Shown here in pieces: positions 9,461-19,568 of a stretch of 64,000 nt of DNA. The notes beneath the pieces are model-generated. The model saw only the letters and a program-made list of their open reading frames with translations. It did no database searches and had not been told where the DNA came from. Each line of letters begins with the position of its first letter. Positions within the stretch are counted from its first letter, which is position 1. The stretch lies in the NCBI GenBank assembly GCA_964477385.1, contig CAYZHQ010000012.1, positions 21,180-85,179 on the forward strand, in the 5' to 3' direction. A program made the translations under genes and the position numbers. This DNA comes from an uncultured Pirellulaceae bacterium (GTDB taxonomy: Bacteria > Planctomycetota > Planctomycetia > Pirellulales > Pirellulaceae).

Positions 9461-12400
9461 CGTAGGAAGATAAACTCCTTGGTATTGATCAATGCGTGCG
9501 ACAGATCGGACCACAAATCTGGAGTGTGGAGAGGGACCTGCAGGGCTTCGGCTTGTTGGTGGACAAAGGCTAAAGCTGATTCGGATTCGCGAGGCGTTGG
9601 CGGGCGGGCAAATGCGGAGGTGTACAGCCAGTCTACTCGCCGCGCAGCGTCCGCCGCGGTTTCCCCTGGGACAGTCTGCAACGCTCGTTTGGCCCACCCG
9701 GTGGCTTGCTCACTCACAAACGGATCGTTCATCAAGATTAAAGCTTGGGCGGGGACGTTGGAAACATTCCGCCGCCCCATGGTGCTGAAAGGGACGGGAG
9801 TATCGAACGCCAGCATGAATGGTGAAATAAAGTTCCGGCGAACGGCGATATAGATTGATCGCCGGCCGGCTCCGTCCTGAGGGCCGCTACCGCCGGGGCG
9901 TCCGCGACCATCCATAAAGTTGGACAAGTAAATCGGGACAGGTTCCCCATACATCTTCGTGTCCAGCCGTCCGGATATCGACAACAACGCATCGCGAATG
10001 GCTTCGCCCTCGAGTCGTTTGGGAGAGCGATAACTCCAGAGTCGATTCTCTGGGTCGAGCGTCTCTGCTTGCGGCGTCGATTGGCTGGACATTTGATAGG
10101 TGCGCGACAGCACGATGTAGCGGATCAGACGCTTTATCGATTGGCCGTCAGCGACAAAGAAAGTCGCCAAGTGGTCGAGCAGTTCAGGGTGCGTCGGGCG
10201 CTGGCCTAGGACGCCGAAATCGTCAGTCGTCGGCACGATCCCACGCCCCATTAGATGGTGCCAGACTCGATTCACGACCACGCGGGATGTCAGCGGGTTA
10301 TCGGGATGGTTGATTTCCGCCGCCAGTTCCAGGCGGCCGCTCCGGGTCGTGTGATCCAGCGGTTCATTGCCGGAAATAGCGGTGAGGAAATGTCGAGGTT
10401 CCACGCGGCCCGGGTTGCTGGAATTGCCGCGAATCAAGATCCGGTCGTCTTCGCTGCTGCCGTCGAGCATCGCCATGGCCGTCGCGGAACGCGTCCGCCG
10501 CGAGTTTAGCAATTCCGTTCGTTCGACTTCCCAACGCTTAATCCGTTCTTCAACGCGTTGCCGCCATGAAGGGTCGGCTTGTTTGGAGGCATCGAATTGT
10601 TGCCGGCGCTGAGCGGCGTATTCCGCCTCGGTCGCCTCACGTGACTCAATCGATTTCATCTGGTCGGGGGTCGCCCCCTGAAGGACACAGACGACTTCGA
10701 TGGACTCGTTAGGCTTGGGAGTGAATTCAAAGTGAACGCGGTGCCCAACGTAACGCGTCAGGTTCAATCTCAGCCATGGTTGGTCAGGTCGGATTTCGGC
10801 AACCGTTTCACCATGCAGCGGACCGGCAATCAATCGATGTGAGTCGACGCAAGCCACGACGTGGCCGCTGCCATGGACTCGGCAGAGGACTTGGCCGTCC
10901 TCCAGGGTCACCGTGGGAGTGCGTAGCGTTCTGCCGCTGCGCTGGATGGATGACAGTCTGCCTCGCCCATGAACCCCTTTTTCACTGATCGATTCCAAGC
11001 CGTCCCAGGAGCGATCCGACACGGCGGCGGAACGCGGCACGAACTGCAACGTCGATTGTCCCGATGCCATCTCCAACCAAGCCTCGCCGGCGCGCCGCGG
11101 ACGGGACCCAAACAAAAAACCGTCCTGAATCCATTGATCCGACGATAGCCTGGAAACGTCGACCAGCATCGTGCTGCCGAGATCGCTAGTCGCTTCTTTG
11201 GCTTGCGTCTGGCTTGGTTTCGAAGAATCTCCAGCCGACTCGGTCTGTTCGGCCATCAGCGAATCGATCTGCGCACGGTAATTCTGGTCCAGGTCGGCTA
11301 AGCGTGCGGCGATCTGGCGGTTGTGCTCGAGGGCTTCAAAGCGAACTTGGCGGTAATCGCTGCTCTGCAAAAAACCTGACAGAGAATAGTAGTCGGCCGT
11401 GGAAATTGCATCGAATTTATGGTCGTGGCAGCGAGCACACGCGACCGTCACTCCGAGAAACGTCTTGGACATCACGTCGATCATATTGTCGAAGCGATCG
11501 GTTTCATCCTTGCGGATGTCGACCGGTGAATGCACCCACTCGCCCAAAAACCAAAATCCGGTGGCCAATATCGATTCATTAAACCCTGCTTCCGGATTTA
11601 AACGAGGAGACTCCAGCAGGTCGCCTGCGATGTGCTCCTGGACAAATTGGTCGTAAGGCACATCGGCATTCAGAGCCCGGATCACATAATCGCGATATTG
11701 AAAAGCGTTCTGAGCGTCATTGTCAAACTCATGCCCTCGCGATTCCGCATACCGGACGAGGTCCAGCCAGTGCCTGCCCCAGCGTTCGCCAAACTGTGGC
11801 GAGTCAAGCAATCGATCGACGAAACGCTCGATGGCTTGAGGCGCCGGATCGTTCAGCGTCTCGGCGATTTGTTGCTCGGTGGGAGGCAGGCCCACGATGT
11901 CAAATGCCAAGCGACGAATCAATGCCCGGCGATCCGCCGTCGGTGCGGGAGATAGCTCGGCTTTTTCTAGCGAGGCGAGAATGAACGAATCGATGTCGTT
12001 GCGAGGCCACGAAGTGTCTTGGACGATGGGGATCGCTGGAGGAGTGATTGGTTGCCAAGCCCAATGCTCCGACTTGCGACGCTCAAGATCAAAGATCGGT
12101 TGAGCCTCCTTCGCGGTCGGTTCGGGTTCGTCAGGCCACGCCGCGCCTTCTTTCACCCACTTCTCGAGCACTGCTATTTCGTCATCGGCAAGTTTGCCTT
12201 TGGGCGGCATCTCGTAGGACTCATATCGCACCGCTTCGATCAGCAAACTCGCGTCTGCGTCTCCCGGTTCCAGAGCTGGGCCGGAGTCGCCTCCCCGCAG
12301 CAAACCGGTTCGGCTGTCCATCAGCAGGCCCGCCTCTAGTTTCTCGGCATCGACACTGTGACAAGCGAAACAATGTTCAGCCAACAAAGGACGCACTCGT

Positions 12401-12540
12401 GTCTCGAAGAACTCCAGTTGAGCCTTCGTCGCAGGGGATTCTGCGTAACTACACGCTGCGGGGGCCAACCAGCTAAAGAGGCAGAAAGGGATTGCCAGCC
12501 ATGCAGCAGAGAGGCGAAATGGATTGCGGTCCACGTTCAT
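9457..12540 (-). CDS. PSD1/planctomycete cytochrome c protein (DUF1549 + DUF1553)
   Basis: CFACH and [10 protein letters not shown] heme motifs, [34 protein letters not shown]. Start at MNVDRN inferred. Confidence 0.92.
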   Translation of the reverse strand: MNVDRNPFRLSAAWLAIPFCLFSWLAPAACSYAESPATKAQLEFFETRVRPLLAEHCFACHSVDAEKLEAGLLMDSRTGLLRGGDSGPALEPGDADASLLIEAVRYESYEMPPKGKLADDEIAVLEKWVKEGAAWPDEPEPTAKEAQPIFDLERRKSEHWAWQPITPPAIPIVQDTSWPRNDIDSFILASLEKAELSPAPTADRRALIRRLAFDIVGLPPTEQQIAETLNDPAPQAIERFVDRLLDSPQFGERWGRHWLDLVRYAESRGHEFDNDAQNAFQYRDYVIRALNADVPYDQFVQEHIAGDLLESPRLNPEAGFNESILATGFWFLGEWVHSPVDIRKDETDRFDNMIDVMSKTFLGVTVACARCHDHKFDAISTADYYSLSGFLQSSDYRQVRFEALEHNRQIAARLADLDQNYRAQIDSLMAEQTESAGDSSKPSQTQAKEATSDLGSTMLVDVSRLSSDQWIQDGFLFGSRPRRAGEAWLEMASGQSTLQFVPRSAAVSDRSWDGLESISEKGVHGRGRLSSIQRSGRTLRTPTVTLEDGQVLCRVHGSGHVVACVDSHRLIAGPLHGETVAEIRPDQPWLRLNLTRYVGHRVHFEFTPKPNESIEVVCVLQGATPDQMKSIESREATEAEYAAQRRQQFDASKQADPSWRQRVEERIKRWEVERTELLNSRRTRSATAMAMLDGSSEDDRILIRGNSSNPGRVEPRHFLTAISGNEPLDHTTRSGRLELAAEINHPDNPLTSRVVVNRVWHHLMGRGIVPTTDDFGVLGQRPTHPELLDHLATFFVADGQSIKRLIRYIVLSRTYQMSSQSTPQAETLDPENRLWSYRSPKRLEGEAIRDALLSISGRLDTKMYGEPVPIYLSNFMDGRGRPGGSGPQDGAGRRSIYIAVRRNFISPFMLAFDTPVPFSTMGRRNVSNVPAQALILMNDPFVSEQATGWAKRALQTVPGETAADAARRVDWLYTSAFARPPTPRESESALAFVHQQAEALQVPLHTPDLWSDLSHALINTKEFIFLR

Positions 12541-12964
12541 TTCTTTCGTCGAGGCAAGGGCGGGAGGGAGCGAGGTGGGACCGGTGGGGATGAGTCTTGG
12601 GGAGACTCCGGTCCCACGGAATATCATAACAGGAATACAAGGTCGAGTCTCTGATTGATTCGCTACGTTCGCCACAGCGGTTCCGGCTTTCGCCCGCCCG
12701 ATCCAGCCATCATGGATAAATGTGCTTTGTCTCGCGGTGGGGGTGCCAACCGGTCTCGTGGGATGCCTCGCGGCGGTGAGGCATGGCGCGATTGTGACGG
12801 TCGTAGTCATTGGCGTCAGATCGGAGCATTGGGAAAGTGTTGTTTCTAGAGAAGCCCCGCAGGGAAGCGAGTTTGCAGGACCTACATTTTGGGGTGGTCA
12901 ACCTGTGGTTCAAAGGTGCTCTGACCGCTTCATTCTGCTTCAGGTTAGCGCCGCATCGAACGCT

Positions 12965-13300
12965 ATGCATCGACGACTAAAATTACTGCTCACCGTGATC
13001 GGCGTCTTTTCCTTGGCCATCAATGCCGATGCTGCTACGCATTCGTCTGTCAGCGTTTGGATTGGTAGCGGTTCGTTAGAGAGTGAGCCCAAGGCGGCAT
13101 TGACGCTCCCAGGTTGGCTGGCCACTACGTTGCGGCGGATTCCAACGCTCCTTGTCTCGCGATGGTCTGCGGTTTCCGCACTTCTAGAGCTAAAGACAGT
13201 TCGGACACCGACGGCAGGGTTCGACCACCTGGCCTGCTTCTTTCCGGCCATGCAACGAAAGTTCGCAGCGGAGTTTGCACCGGAGCTCGGAGCGAAATGA
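12965..13300 (+). CDS. Possible small secreted protein (111 aa)
   Basis: MHRRLKLLLTVIGVFSLAINADA resembles a signal peptide. Its TGA overlaps the next ATG (ATGA). No family recognised. Confidence 0.35.
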   Translation: MHRRLKLLLTVIGVFSLAINADAATHSSVSVWIGSGSLESEPKAALTLPGWLATTLRRIPTLLVSRWSAVSALLELKTVRTPTAGFDHLACFFPAMQRKFAAEFAPELGAK

Positions 13301-15306
13301 ACCCGAGTGAAAGCCCCGATAATCGGTCAAGGCTATTGCTCATTGATGACCAAGAGCAAGTCCACCAGGCGTACCGAATGGTCTTTGCACATCCGGAAAC
13401 GGATGGCGAACATGAACCCTTGTGGGCCGAATCTTTAGGCCGTTGCGGACCAGATAAGCACTCCGCAGTTCTCCGTCCAGAGCGTTTTGGGTTTGCCTTG
13501 ACGCATGCCAAGCAGGGCGAGGAGGCCATCGAACTATGCCGAGCTGCGCAAGCTGTCGACCAGCCTTTTGATGTGGCGTTTGTCGACATGCGAATGCCAC
13601 CGGGCATCGATGGCTTTGACACCATAGAGCGTTTATGGCAAATCGATGCGCTGCTGCAGGTCGTGATTTGTACCGCTTTCACCGACTACGCCAGTAGCCA
13701 GCTCGTACAGCGGTTTGGTTACAAAGATAATTTGCTGCTGTTGAAAAAGCCTTTTGCTGCGGAAGAGGCTTTTCAGATGGCGGTCTCGCTGACACAGAAA
13801 CGGCGTGCCACCATCGCAAGTCAGGTGCATTACGAGCAGTTGCTTTATGCAAACCGCGGGTTGGCCAATGAGATCGATCATCGCAGGACATCAGAGAATC
13901 GATTGCACCATGCTGCCACGCATGACCCCCTCACAGGCTTGCCAAATCGCCATTACCTGAAAGAGATATTGGAAGCACGGTTTGTTGACGAAGCGTTGGG
14001 ACGCCGGCAGTGTGATGCATTGATCTTTCTTGATATCGACGATTTCAAACACATTAACGATAGCTTGGGCCATGTTGTTGGAGATCAATTGTTGGTGGCG
14101 GTTGGTCAGCGGTTGCATGCGCGTTTGCAAACCTTCAGGGCGGAAGCGAACGGCTCTACGGTGAGCGACTTGGAGGGTCCGCAACACTTTGTGGCACGGA
14201 TGGGCGGCGATGAGTTTGTCGTTTTCTTGAGCGATCTGTGCGAGGAAGCATTGGCGGTAGACTTCGCCGAAGCGGTTTGTGATGATCTGGGTGTGCCTTA
14301 CAGTATCTGCGGTCAGGAGTTGCACCTCGGATGCAGTTTGGGCGTTGCGTTCAAGAGTCCGGCGACTGCGACCCATGAGGAACTCATGGGCAATGCCGAT
14401 CTCGCCATGTACCGCGCCAAGTTGGATGGCAAGCGTCGCGTGGCGGTATTCGATCAGGAAATGCGGCAAAGCGTACTGAAACGGCTTGAGATGGAAAACG
14501 CACTGCGGGTCATCGTTAAGAACGACGAACTCCGTCTAGAGTATCAGCCGATTATTGACATGCAGTCGGGGCAAATTGTGAGCATGGAGTCGTTGGCGCG
14601 CTGGCATCACCCCCAACGCGGTCTGATCTCGCCAGCGGACTTTATCTCCGTTGCTGAAGAAACAGGGCAGATGAATGCGATTGGCAGATGGGTTTTGGAA
14701 GAAGCATGTAGCGCGTTGAATGTCCTGAATCGGACGCGAGCACCCGAGGCTGCGATCTCCGTAAGCGTTAATGTTTCCAAGCGTCAGCTTGTCGATGAAG
14801 CCTTTGTGTCTATGTTGCAACAAGTGCTTGGGGAGCAAAATCTCCCTGGCAATCTGCTGAATCTGGAATTTACCGAAGCCCTCATTATCGACAACTGCGA
14901 TGAAATGGTTCGGCGACTCGAGGAGATTCGTGCCTTAGGTGTCGGATTGCATCTGGACAATTTTGGTACCGGCTATTGTTCTCTGAGCTGTTTCCATCGT
15001 TTTCCTGTCGACGTGTTGAAGATCCATCGATCCTATGTTTCCTTGATGGAATCCGATCCGGCATATGGTCAGGTGATTCAGGCGATCACTTCACTGGCTC
15101 ATAACTTGGAGCGTAAGGTGATCGCGGAGGGAATTGAAACCGACCCGCAGCGGATTCAATTGCACGATTTGAAGTGCGACTTCGGGCAGGGCTATTTTTT
15201 CTCGCAGCCACAGCGTTTGGACGATCTGCTCACAATGCTCAGCGAGGCATGTAGCTGGCAAGCCTTCCCGGCTTGCGACGCGCCTCGAAGAATCTCAGCG
15301 TGGTAG
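13297..15306 (+). CDS. Response regulator receiver-GGDEF-EAL protein
   Basis: LLLIDD, FVDMRMPPGIDG, KP (receiver); HDPLTGLPNR, RMGGDEF (cyclase); YQPI, ESLARW, AEGIET, QGYFFS (EAL). Confidence 0.93.
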   Translation: MNPSESPDNRSRLLLIDDQEQVHQAYRMVFAHPETDGEHEPLWAESLGRCGPDKHSAVLRPERFGFALTHAKQGEEAIELCRAAQAVDQPFDVAFVDMRMPPGIDGFDTIERLWQIDALLQVVICTAFTDYASSQLVQRFGYKDNLLLLKKPFAAEEAFQMAVSLTQKRRATIASQVHYEQLLYANRGLANEIDHRRTSENRLHHAATHDPLTGLPNRHYLKEILEARFVDEALGRRQCDALIFLDIDDFKHINDSLGHVVGDQLLVAVGQRLHARLQTFRAEANGSTVSDLEGPQHFVARMGGDEFVVFLSDLCEEALAVDFAEAVCDDLGVPYSICGQELHLGCSLGVAFKSPATATHEELMGNADLAMYRAKLDGKRRVAVFDQEMRQSVLKRLEMENALRVIVKNDELRLEYQPIIDMQSGQIVSMESLARWHHPQRGLISPADFISVAEETGQMNAIGRWVLEEACSALNVLNRTRAPEAAISVSVNVSKRQLVDEAFVSMLQQVLGEQNLPGNLLNLEFTEALIIDNCDEMVRRLEEIRALGVGLHLDNFGTGYCSLSCFHRFPVDVLKIHRSYVSLMESDPAYGQVIQAITSLAHNLERKVIAEGIETDPQRIQLHDLKCDFGQGYFFSQPQRLDDLLTMLSEACSWQAFPACDAPRRISAW

Positions 15307-16017
15307 TCTTTTCAGGTGCGCATCACTCAATTGCAGTCCGACGCTTGCGACCAGTTCTACTAGTTCGGCTTGTCCGTGGACTTGCAGTTTTTGGCTGATT
15401 GCTGCCTTGTGTCGCTGAATCGTCTTGGGGCTGCGAAACAGCACGCTGGCGGCTTTGGGAACACTCAAGCCATTACCTAGCAGGACAAGGACTTCCAGTT
15501 CCCGACGTGTTAAGACATTCAGTGGGCCAAGGTCAATGTATTGCGTGTGGGCCTGCTCAATGATTTCCGCTGGGACATCGGAGGAGAGGCTTGGTGTCCC
15601 AGCGATGCTGACAACGATGACGCGATTGTATGGGGGCGCGGGATCGCAAATCGGCCAAAGAGTCGATTCGATCCGCCGGCCGTGGTAGACGTGGCGAATT
15701 GCCAGCGGCCTGCTCTCTTTTAGCACCCTACCGATCAAAGCGAGTCGTTCTTTGACGAATTCGGTCGGATGGAAGTCACTGATCCGTTTGCCCTGGTAGG
15801 CAATGGCGGTTGCTTTGGAGAAGAGGATTTGCGACGTGTCATTGACGAACAGCAAACGGCCTTCCGCATCGGTGATGCTCACCCCAACGCCTGGCGTCCG
15901 TGACAGAGCGGTCCACAATGCTTTGGGATCGCCAACTGGAACGCGGAAATGCGGCGAATCGGGGCTGGGCGATGGATCGGTTGAGGATTCGAAGCGGATT
16001 TCGGAATCACGTTGCAT
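15295..16017 (-). CDS. PAS-like + LuxR-type HTH transcriptional regulator
   Basis: ITDAEGRLLFVN PAS-like start and LTRRELEVLVLLGNGLS...SPKTIQRH LuxR HTH. Start uncertain. Confidence 0.85.
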   Translation of the reverse strand: MQRDSEIRFESSTDPSPSPDSPHFRVPVGDPKALWTALSRTPGVGVSITDAEGRLLFVNDTSQILFSKATAIAYQGKRISDFHPTEFVKERLALIGRVLKESRPLAIRHVYHGRRIESTLWPICDPAPPYNRVIVVSIAGTPSLSSDVPAEIIEQAHTQYIDLGPLNVLTRRELEVLVLLGNGLSVPKAASVLFRSPKTIQRHKAAISQKLQVHGQAELVELVASVGLQLSDAHLKRLPR

Positions 16018-16453
16018 AGTAAGTCGCCGCAAGACCGGCCTGCTCCCACCGGATTTTCGGCGGAGCTGGTTCGGTGGAAAGAGCCAGGGAAAAGACCTCG
16101 ATGTGGTCGAAGCTCCATCGATTGTCATGGAAGTTTCGAACAGAAATGAGGCGATCGGCTCATAGCTTAATAAAAGCGGCGGATCGATACTACTTGATAC
16201 TAGTCCTGGTCTCTGTGGCAGCGAGAACCGGTGTGCAGCGTGCCACCAGGAGGTCATGACGGCAAGCGGGACAGTGGAACATAGCAGAGCTGATCGGCAC
16301 CGCGTGCAAGACGGCAAGTTCGTCTCTAAGGGGACAAATCACCGGGGGGTTGGGCGAGTTGGCACAGGGGCATGGTGCCCTCGCCTCAACCACCTAGTTT
16401 TGCACCATTACACGCTTCATCCTGGTGTCAAATGCTTAGGCTAGAACCGGCTA

Positions 16454-16558
16454 TTTAGCAATAAGCGATAACTAAGTGTCGGGTGCCTTTTGTGCGAAGC
16501 ACCCGAAGGACGAGTTCCTCGCAAAAGGTACCCGTCACTTTTCTGTCGCACGATCCTT
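16454..16558. repeat. 105-bp palindromic dispersed repeat (REP/MITE-like), copy 1
   Basis: 97/105 identical to 22902-23006 by hand alignment. Internal inverted repeat AAGTGTCGGGT[G]CCTTTTG / CAAAAGGTACCCG[T]CACTT. Confidence 0.9.
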
Positions 16559-16979
16559 AGCCGACGCTCCATTGTTCCTGAAACCACTTCACGCGCACAG
16601 CGCGCGTGGCGTTGTGGTTCGTGGCGGGGTCGAATTTCTCGTTTTTCAAGAATGACAGAAATGCGCTAGCAGGCACTTCGGCATGCTGAGCGACAACGTC
16701 CACGAATTCACTTTCCGGCTTCCAGTCGTACAGGACTCGGTTTTCGCGTTCAAACCAATTGTCAAGATACTCCGCATTGGCTGTGCTGGTGACGACAAAG
16801 TCGCATTGCTTTTTGCACAGAAAAAGTAGCAATTTCGAAGCCAAAGCGCGGGTTTCCGCCGCATCCCCGCTACGCGAAGCCGAAGCGATATTCCAGATGC
16901 TGATGAAGCCATCTGAATCGACTTCTTCGCTGGGAATGGAAATTTTCTGCGGTTCCGAAGCTGGCTCAGCCATCGACAT
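16557..16979 (-). CDS. Hypothetical protein (140 aa)
   Basis: Clean ORF with protein-like composition, AGGTAG purine tract upstream, downstream of the DUF3748 gene. Confidence 0.75.
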   Translation of the reverse strand: MSMAEPASEPQKISIPSEEVDSDGFISIWNIASASRSGDAAETRALASKLLLFLCKKQCDFVVTSTANAEYLDNWFERENRVLYDWKPESEFVDVVAQHAEVPASAFLSFLKNEKFDPATNHNATRAVRVKWFQEQWSVG

Positions 16980-17024
16980 AATCTCTACCTTTTCTCGTTC
17001 ACAATTGCCTTTGAAGGCTACTTA

Positions 17025-18386
17025 TTAGACCCGCGCAACAGCTTTTCGGCTAGTGGAGATGACAAAGATTTGGTTACTGACTCGGCCGTTGGCTTGCTGT
17101 TGGGGACGAAGGTAGGCGATCTGTTGCCCATTTGGTGCAAACACACAGGCCAGCGGTGAAGGTGCAAAACAGGCCGGTTGAGGCGTGGTCAGGCGATGCG
17201 TTTGGCCCGTCGCGGCATCGGTTATGCAAACGCTGCCATCCATCACGTGGGCCAACCAACGGCCATCCGGTGACCAGGAAAAAGCGGAAGCGATGGGCGT
17301 CGGATTGCAGGTTAGTTGCCGGAGTTCGCCACCCGCCGGGGAGACTGTCCATAACTGCACGACGCCCTGGAGGTCTCGCTTGAGCAGAGCGATCAAGCGG
17401 CCATCGGGGGAACTGCGGAGCCAGTGCCGAGGGCCTGCGATTCCAGGGTATCGATGTTGCGAAGTAAACGTCAGACGCCGCGAGGTGATCGCTGGCGGGA
17501 CGGCCGGGCGTGTGGTGAGCGTCCCGGCGAGCAGTTCGATCCCGCCCCGCGTCATGGCGCGAGGGTCGCTGGGTAAGTCGACCATAAAGGCTTCCGCAAT
17601 CGTTTGGCCGTCGGCCGTTCGCACGTCTCCTTGGTAAGCGATCGCCCGGCGTTGGTGCGTGCCATCTTGACGATGGTAACCATCGATACCGATCCACGCA
17701 TCACTGTAAGCACGACTGATTTCATCCGAGCCAGGTGTTGGGTCGGCAACCGTACGCGTGACCAATACGCTCCAGTGCGTCCCGCTGTGATTGCGAGGAT
17801 GCGTGCGAGGAACGAGGACAGGCCCCGGTTCTGGCAGGCTGACGGCAATGTTGCGTTGATCGGGGTCGTGCGGTGGCGAGCCAGGTGCGGCGTCGAACTG
17901 CGCCAATAGAGCATCGTGGTAGGTGCAGCTGATCCACTGCCCGTCGCCACTAAAGGTGTGCAGGTGCGTCCCTCCACGAAGCGCTCCCGGTGTGAAGGGC
18001 GCGACCAATTGACGGGCATCCAAGGGCTTGCACCGGAGCGGCTTCTGGTGGAGGTCAAGGACCACGCCGCGGCGATGCGTAGCAGAGTAGGACCAATCGC
18101 GTGTCGGCTGCTCGGGCCCCTGAATGAAGACCACACGGTTGTCGACAGGACTGGCGGTAACGACTCCAACCTGTGCGTCTCGCTGAGCCTGATGCAAGAT
18201 TTCCACTCGCCCCGTTGGGACGTGTATCCGCTCGATACGCGGACTGTCGAAGACGGTTCCCGCAGGATCACTCCGCACGTCGTAGACAATCCATTGGCTG
18301 TCGTGAAGCCAGCAGCCGCTATTCGTGAGAATGTGATTCGTCGGAACGCGACTGAGCTGGCGTTCGTGGTTATGCGGAATCGCCAA
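17025..18386 (-). CDS. DUF3748/YidR-like TolB-type beta-propeller protein
   Basis: HILTN..W..DSQWIVYDVR, PFTPGALRGGTHLHTFSGDG, PRHWLRSSPDG. TTG start inferred from an upstream GGAG. Confidence 0.85.
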   Translation of the reverse strand: MAIPHNHERQLSRVPTNHILTNSGCWLHDSQWIVYDVRSDPAGTVFDSPRIERIHVPTGRVEILHQAQRDAQVGVVTASPVDNRVVFIQGPEQPTRDWSYSATHRRGVVLDLHQKPLRCKPLDARQLVAPFTPGALRGGTHLHTFSGDGQWISCTYHDALLAQFDAAPGSPPHDPDQRNIAVSLPEPGPVLVPRTHPRNHSGTHWSVLVTRTVADPTPGSDEISRAYSDAWIGIDGYHRQDGTHQRRAIAYQGDVRTADGQTIAEAFMVDLPSDPRAMTRGGIELLAGTLTTRPAVPPAITSRRLTFTSQHRYPGIAGPRHWLRSSPDGRLIALLKRDLQGVVQLWTVSPAGGELRQLTCNPTPIASAFSWSPDGRWLAHVMDGSVCITDAATGQTHRLTTPQPACFAPSPLACVFAPNGQQIAYLRPQQQANGRVSNQIFVISTSRKAVARV

Positions 18387-18455
18387 CGCAATTTCTCTCC
18401 CGCGTGAACACCCCCAACTGCGCCCCTCGCGAAGGGTTATGAAGTACAACGGCGC

Positions 18456-19382
18456 TTAGTTTGACGTCGGCTGGGCTGTCAACGATGCGGCGAGCGATTC
18501 AACCGCTGCACCGGCCTGGTAATCGAATGCTAACTCGATCGGCATCCCAGCGGCAGCCTCAAACGGAGTTTCAAGTGGCAAGACCATGCATTGGTTGGGC
18601 CAAGTGATGGCCCGCTGTGCTTGCAGGTCAACGGTGATCACGTTCTGGGTAACAAACCGGATGGCGTTGCAGGTTCCCGCACGTTGGGTCGTGAGCGGTT
18701 GCCGTGCCTGAAAGACCAGCGGAATCGTTTGGTCATAGGAAACGTTGGCGTAAGGCCAGAGGTCGGCCAGCTCGAGCGTGCGCGGCTGTTCCAGTAATGG
18801 AGCTTGGAAGAGCGGCACCGGAGCCAGGTACCCGGCAAAGTTGAAATCGTGCTGGACCGGCTGAGCCATCAGGATGGAGGCTTCGGGCAAGAACATTGGT
18901 AGCGGTCCACCAACGGATGTTGTGTAGTTGCGTTTGAATGCCGCGATCACCTGCGCTTGTTTTTCACGCAACAACGCAACATGCAGCATTTCGCAAACCA
19001 CAACGTCGACCGGGCGTGTGGGGATGTAGGTCGCTGCGTCGGCAGCGACGACCTCGATGTTGGACGCCAGGCGGTTGCTGGAGACAAAGCGTTTCGCGTG
19101 TCGAACCAGTTCAGGGTTGCGTTCAATGCAGGTCACCTTGGCTCCCCGTCGGGCGGCGAAGGAGGAGAGGATTCCGGTGCCCCCGCCAAGTTCCAAGACG
19201 TGCATCCCAGGTTGGACGACTAATTCAATGGCTTCGCGGAAAGCACCGACCCGATCCTCGTCTTGAAGCATGTTGTAGTGGTAAAGCAGCGGGATGTACT
19301 GCCCGAGAGTCCGCTCCTCCGAGGAGGGTTCGACGGCCGACGGTCGTTCGGTCGTCGCGTGATCGGTTTGAGTGGAATGCAT
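18456..19382 (-). CDS. SAM-dependent methyltransferase with PRMT-like architecture
   Basis: HYNMLQDEDR, VLELGGGTGILS, VDVVVCEMLHVALLRE, and C-terminal TWPNQ..LPL. Confidence 0.85.
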   Translation of the reverse strand: MHSTQTDHATTERPSAVEPSSEERTLGQYIPLLYHYNMLQDEDRVGAFREAIELVVQPGMHVLELGGGTGILSSFAARRGAKVTCIERNPELVRHAKRFVSSNRLASNIEVVAADAATYIPTRPVDVVVCEMLHVALLREKQAQVIAAFKRNYTTSVGGPLPMFLPEASILMAQPVQHDFNFAGYLAPVPLFQAPLLEQPRTLELADLWPYANVSYDQTIPLVFQARQPLTTQRAGTCNAIRFVTQNVITVDLQAQRAITWPNQCMVLPLETPFEAAAGMPIELAFDYQAGAAVESLAASLTAQPTSN

Positions 19383-19541
19383 AGAGGGGTTTCGCTCAGG
19401 CGTTGGTCGGGTCGGGACTCGCCGTCCCAACTACTCGTCATTCAGGCCTCACCCTAGGAAGTCTGAGGAGATCAGCTCAAGAGCGATTTCAAGTAACTGC
19501 GGGGGGCTTGAGGTCACCTGTCGCCAGGATCGGAAATGCTC

Positions 19542-19568
19542 AAAAAAAAGCCCCTCCAACTTTGGAGG
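19542..19568 (-). terminator. Possible intrinsic terminator
   Basis: Minus strand reads CCTCCA-AAGT-TGGAGG-GGC-T8. Confidence 0.35.
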
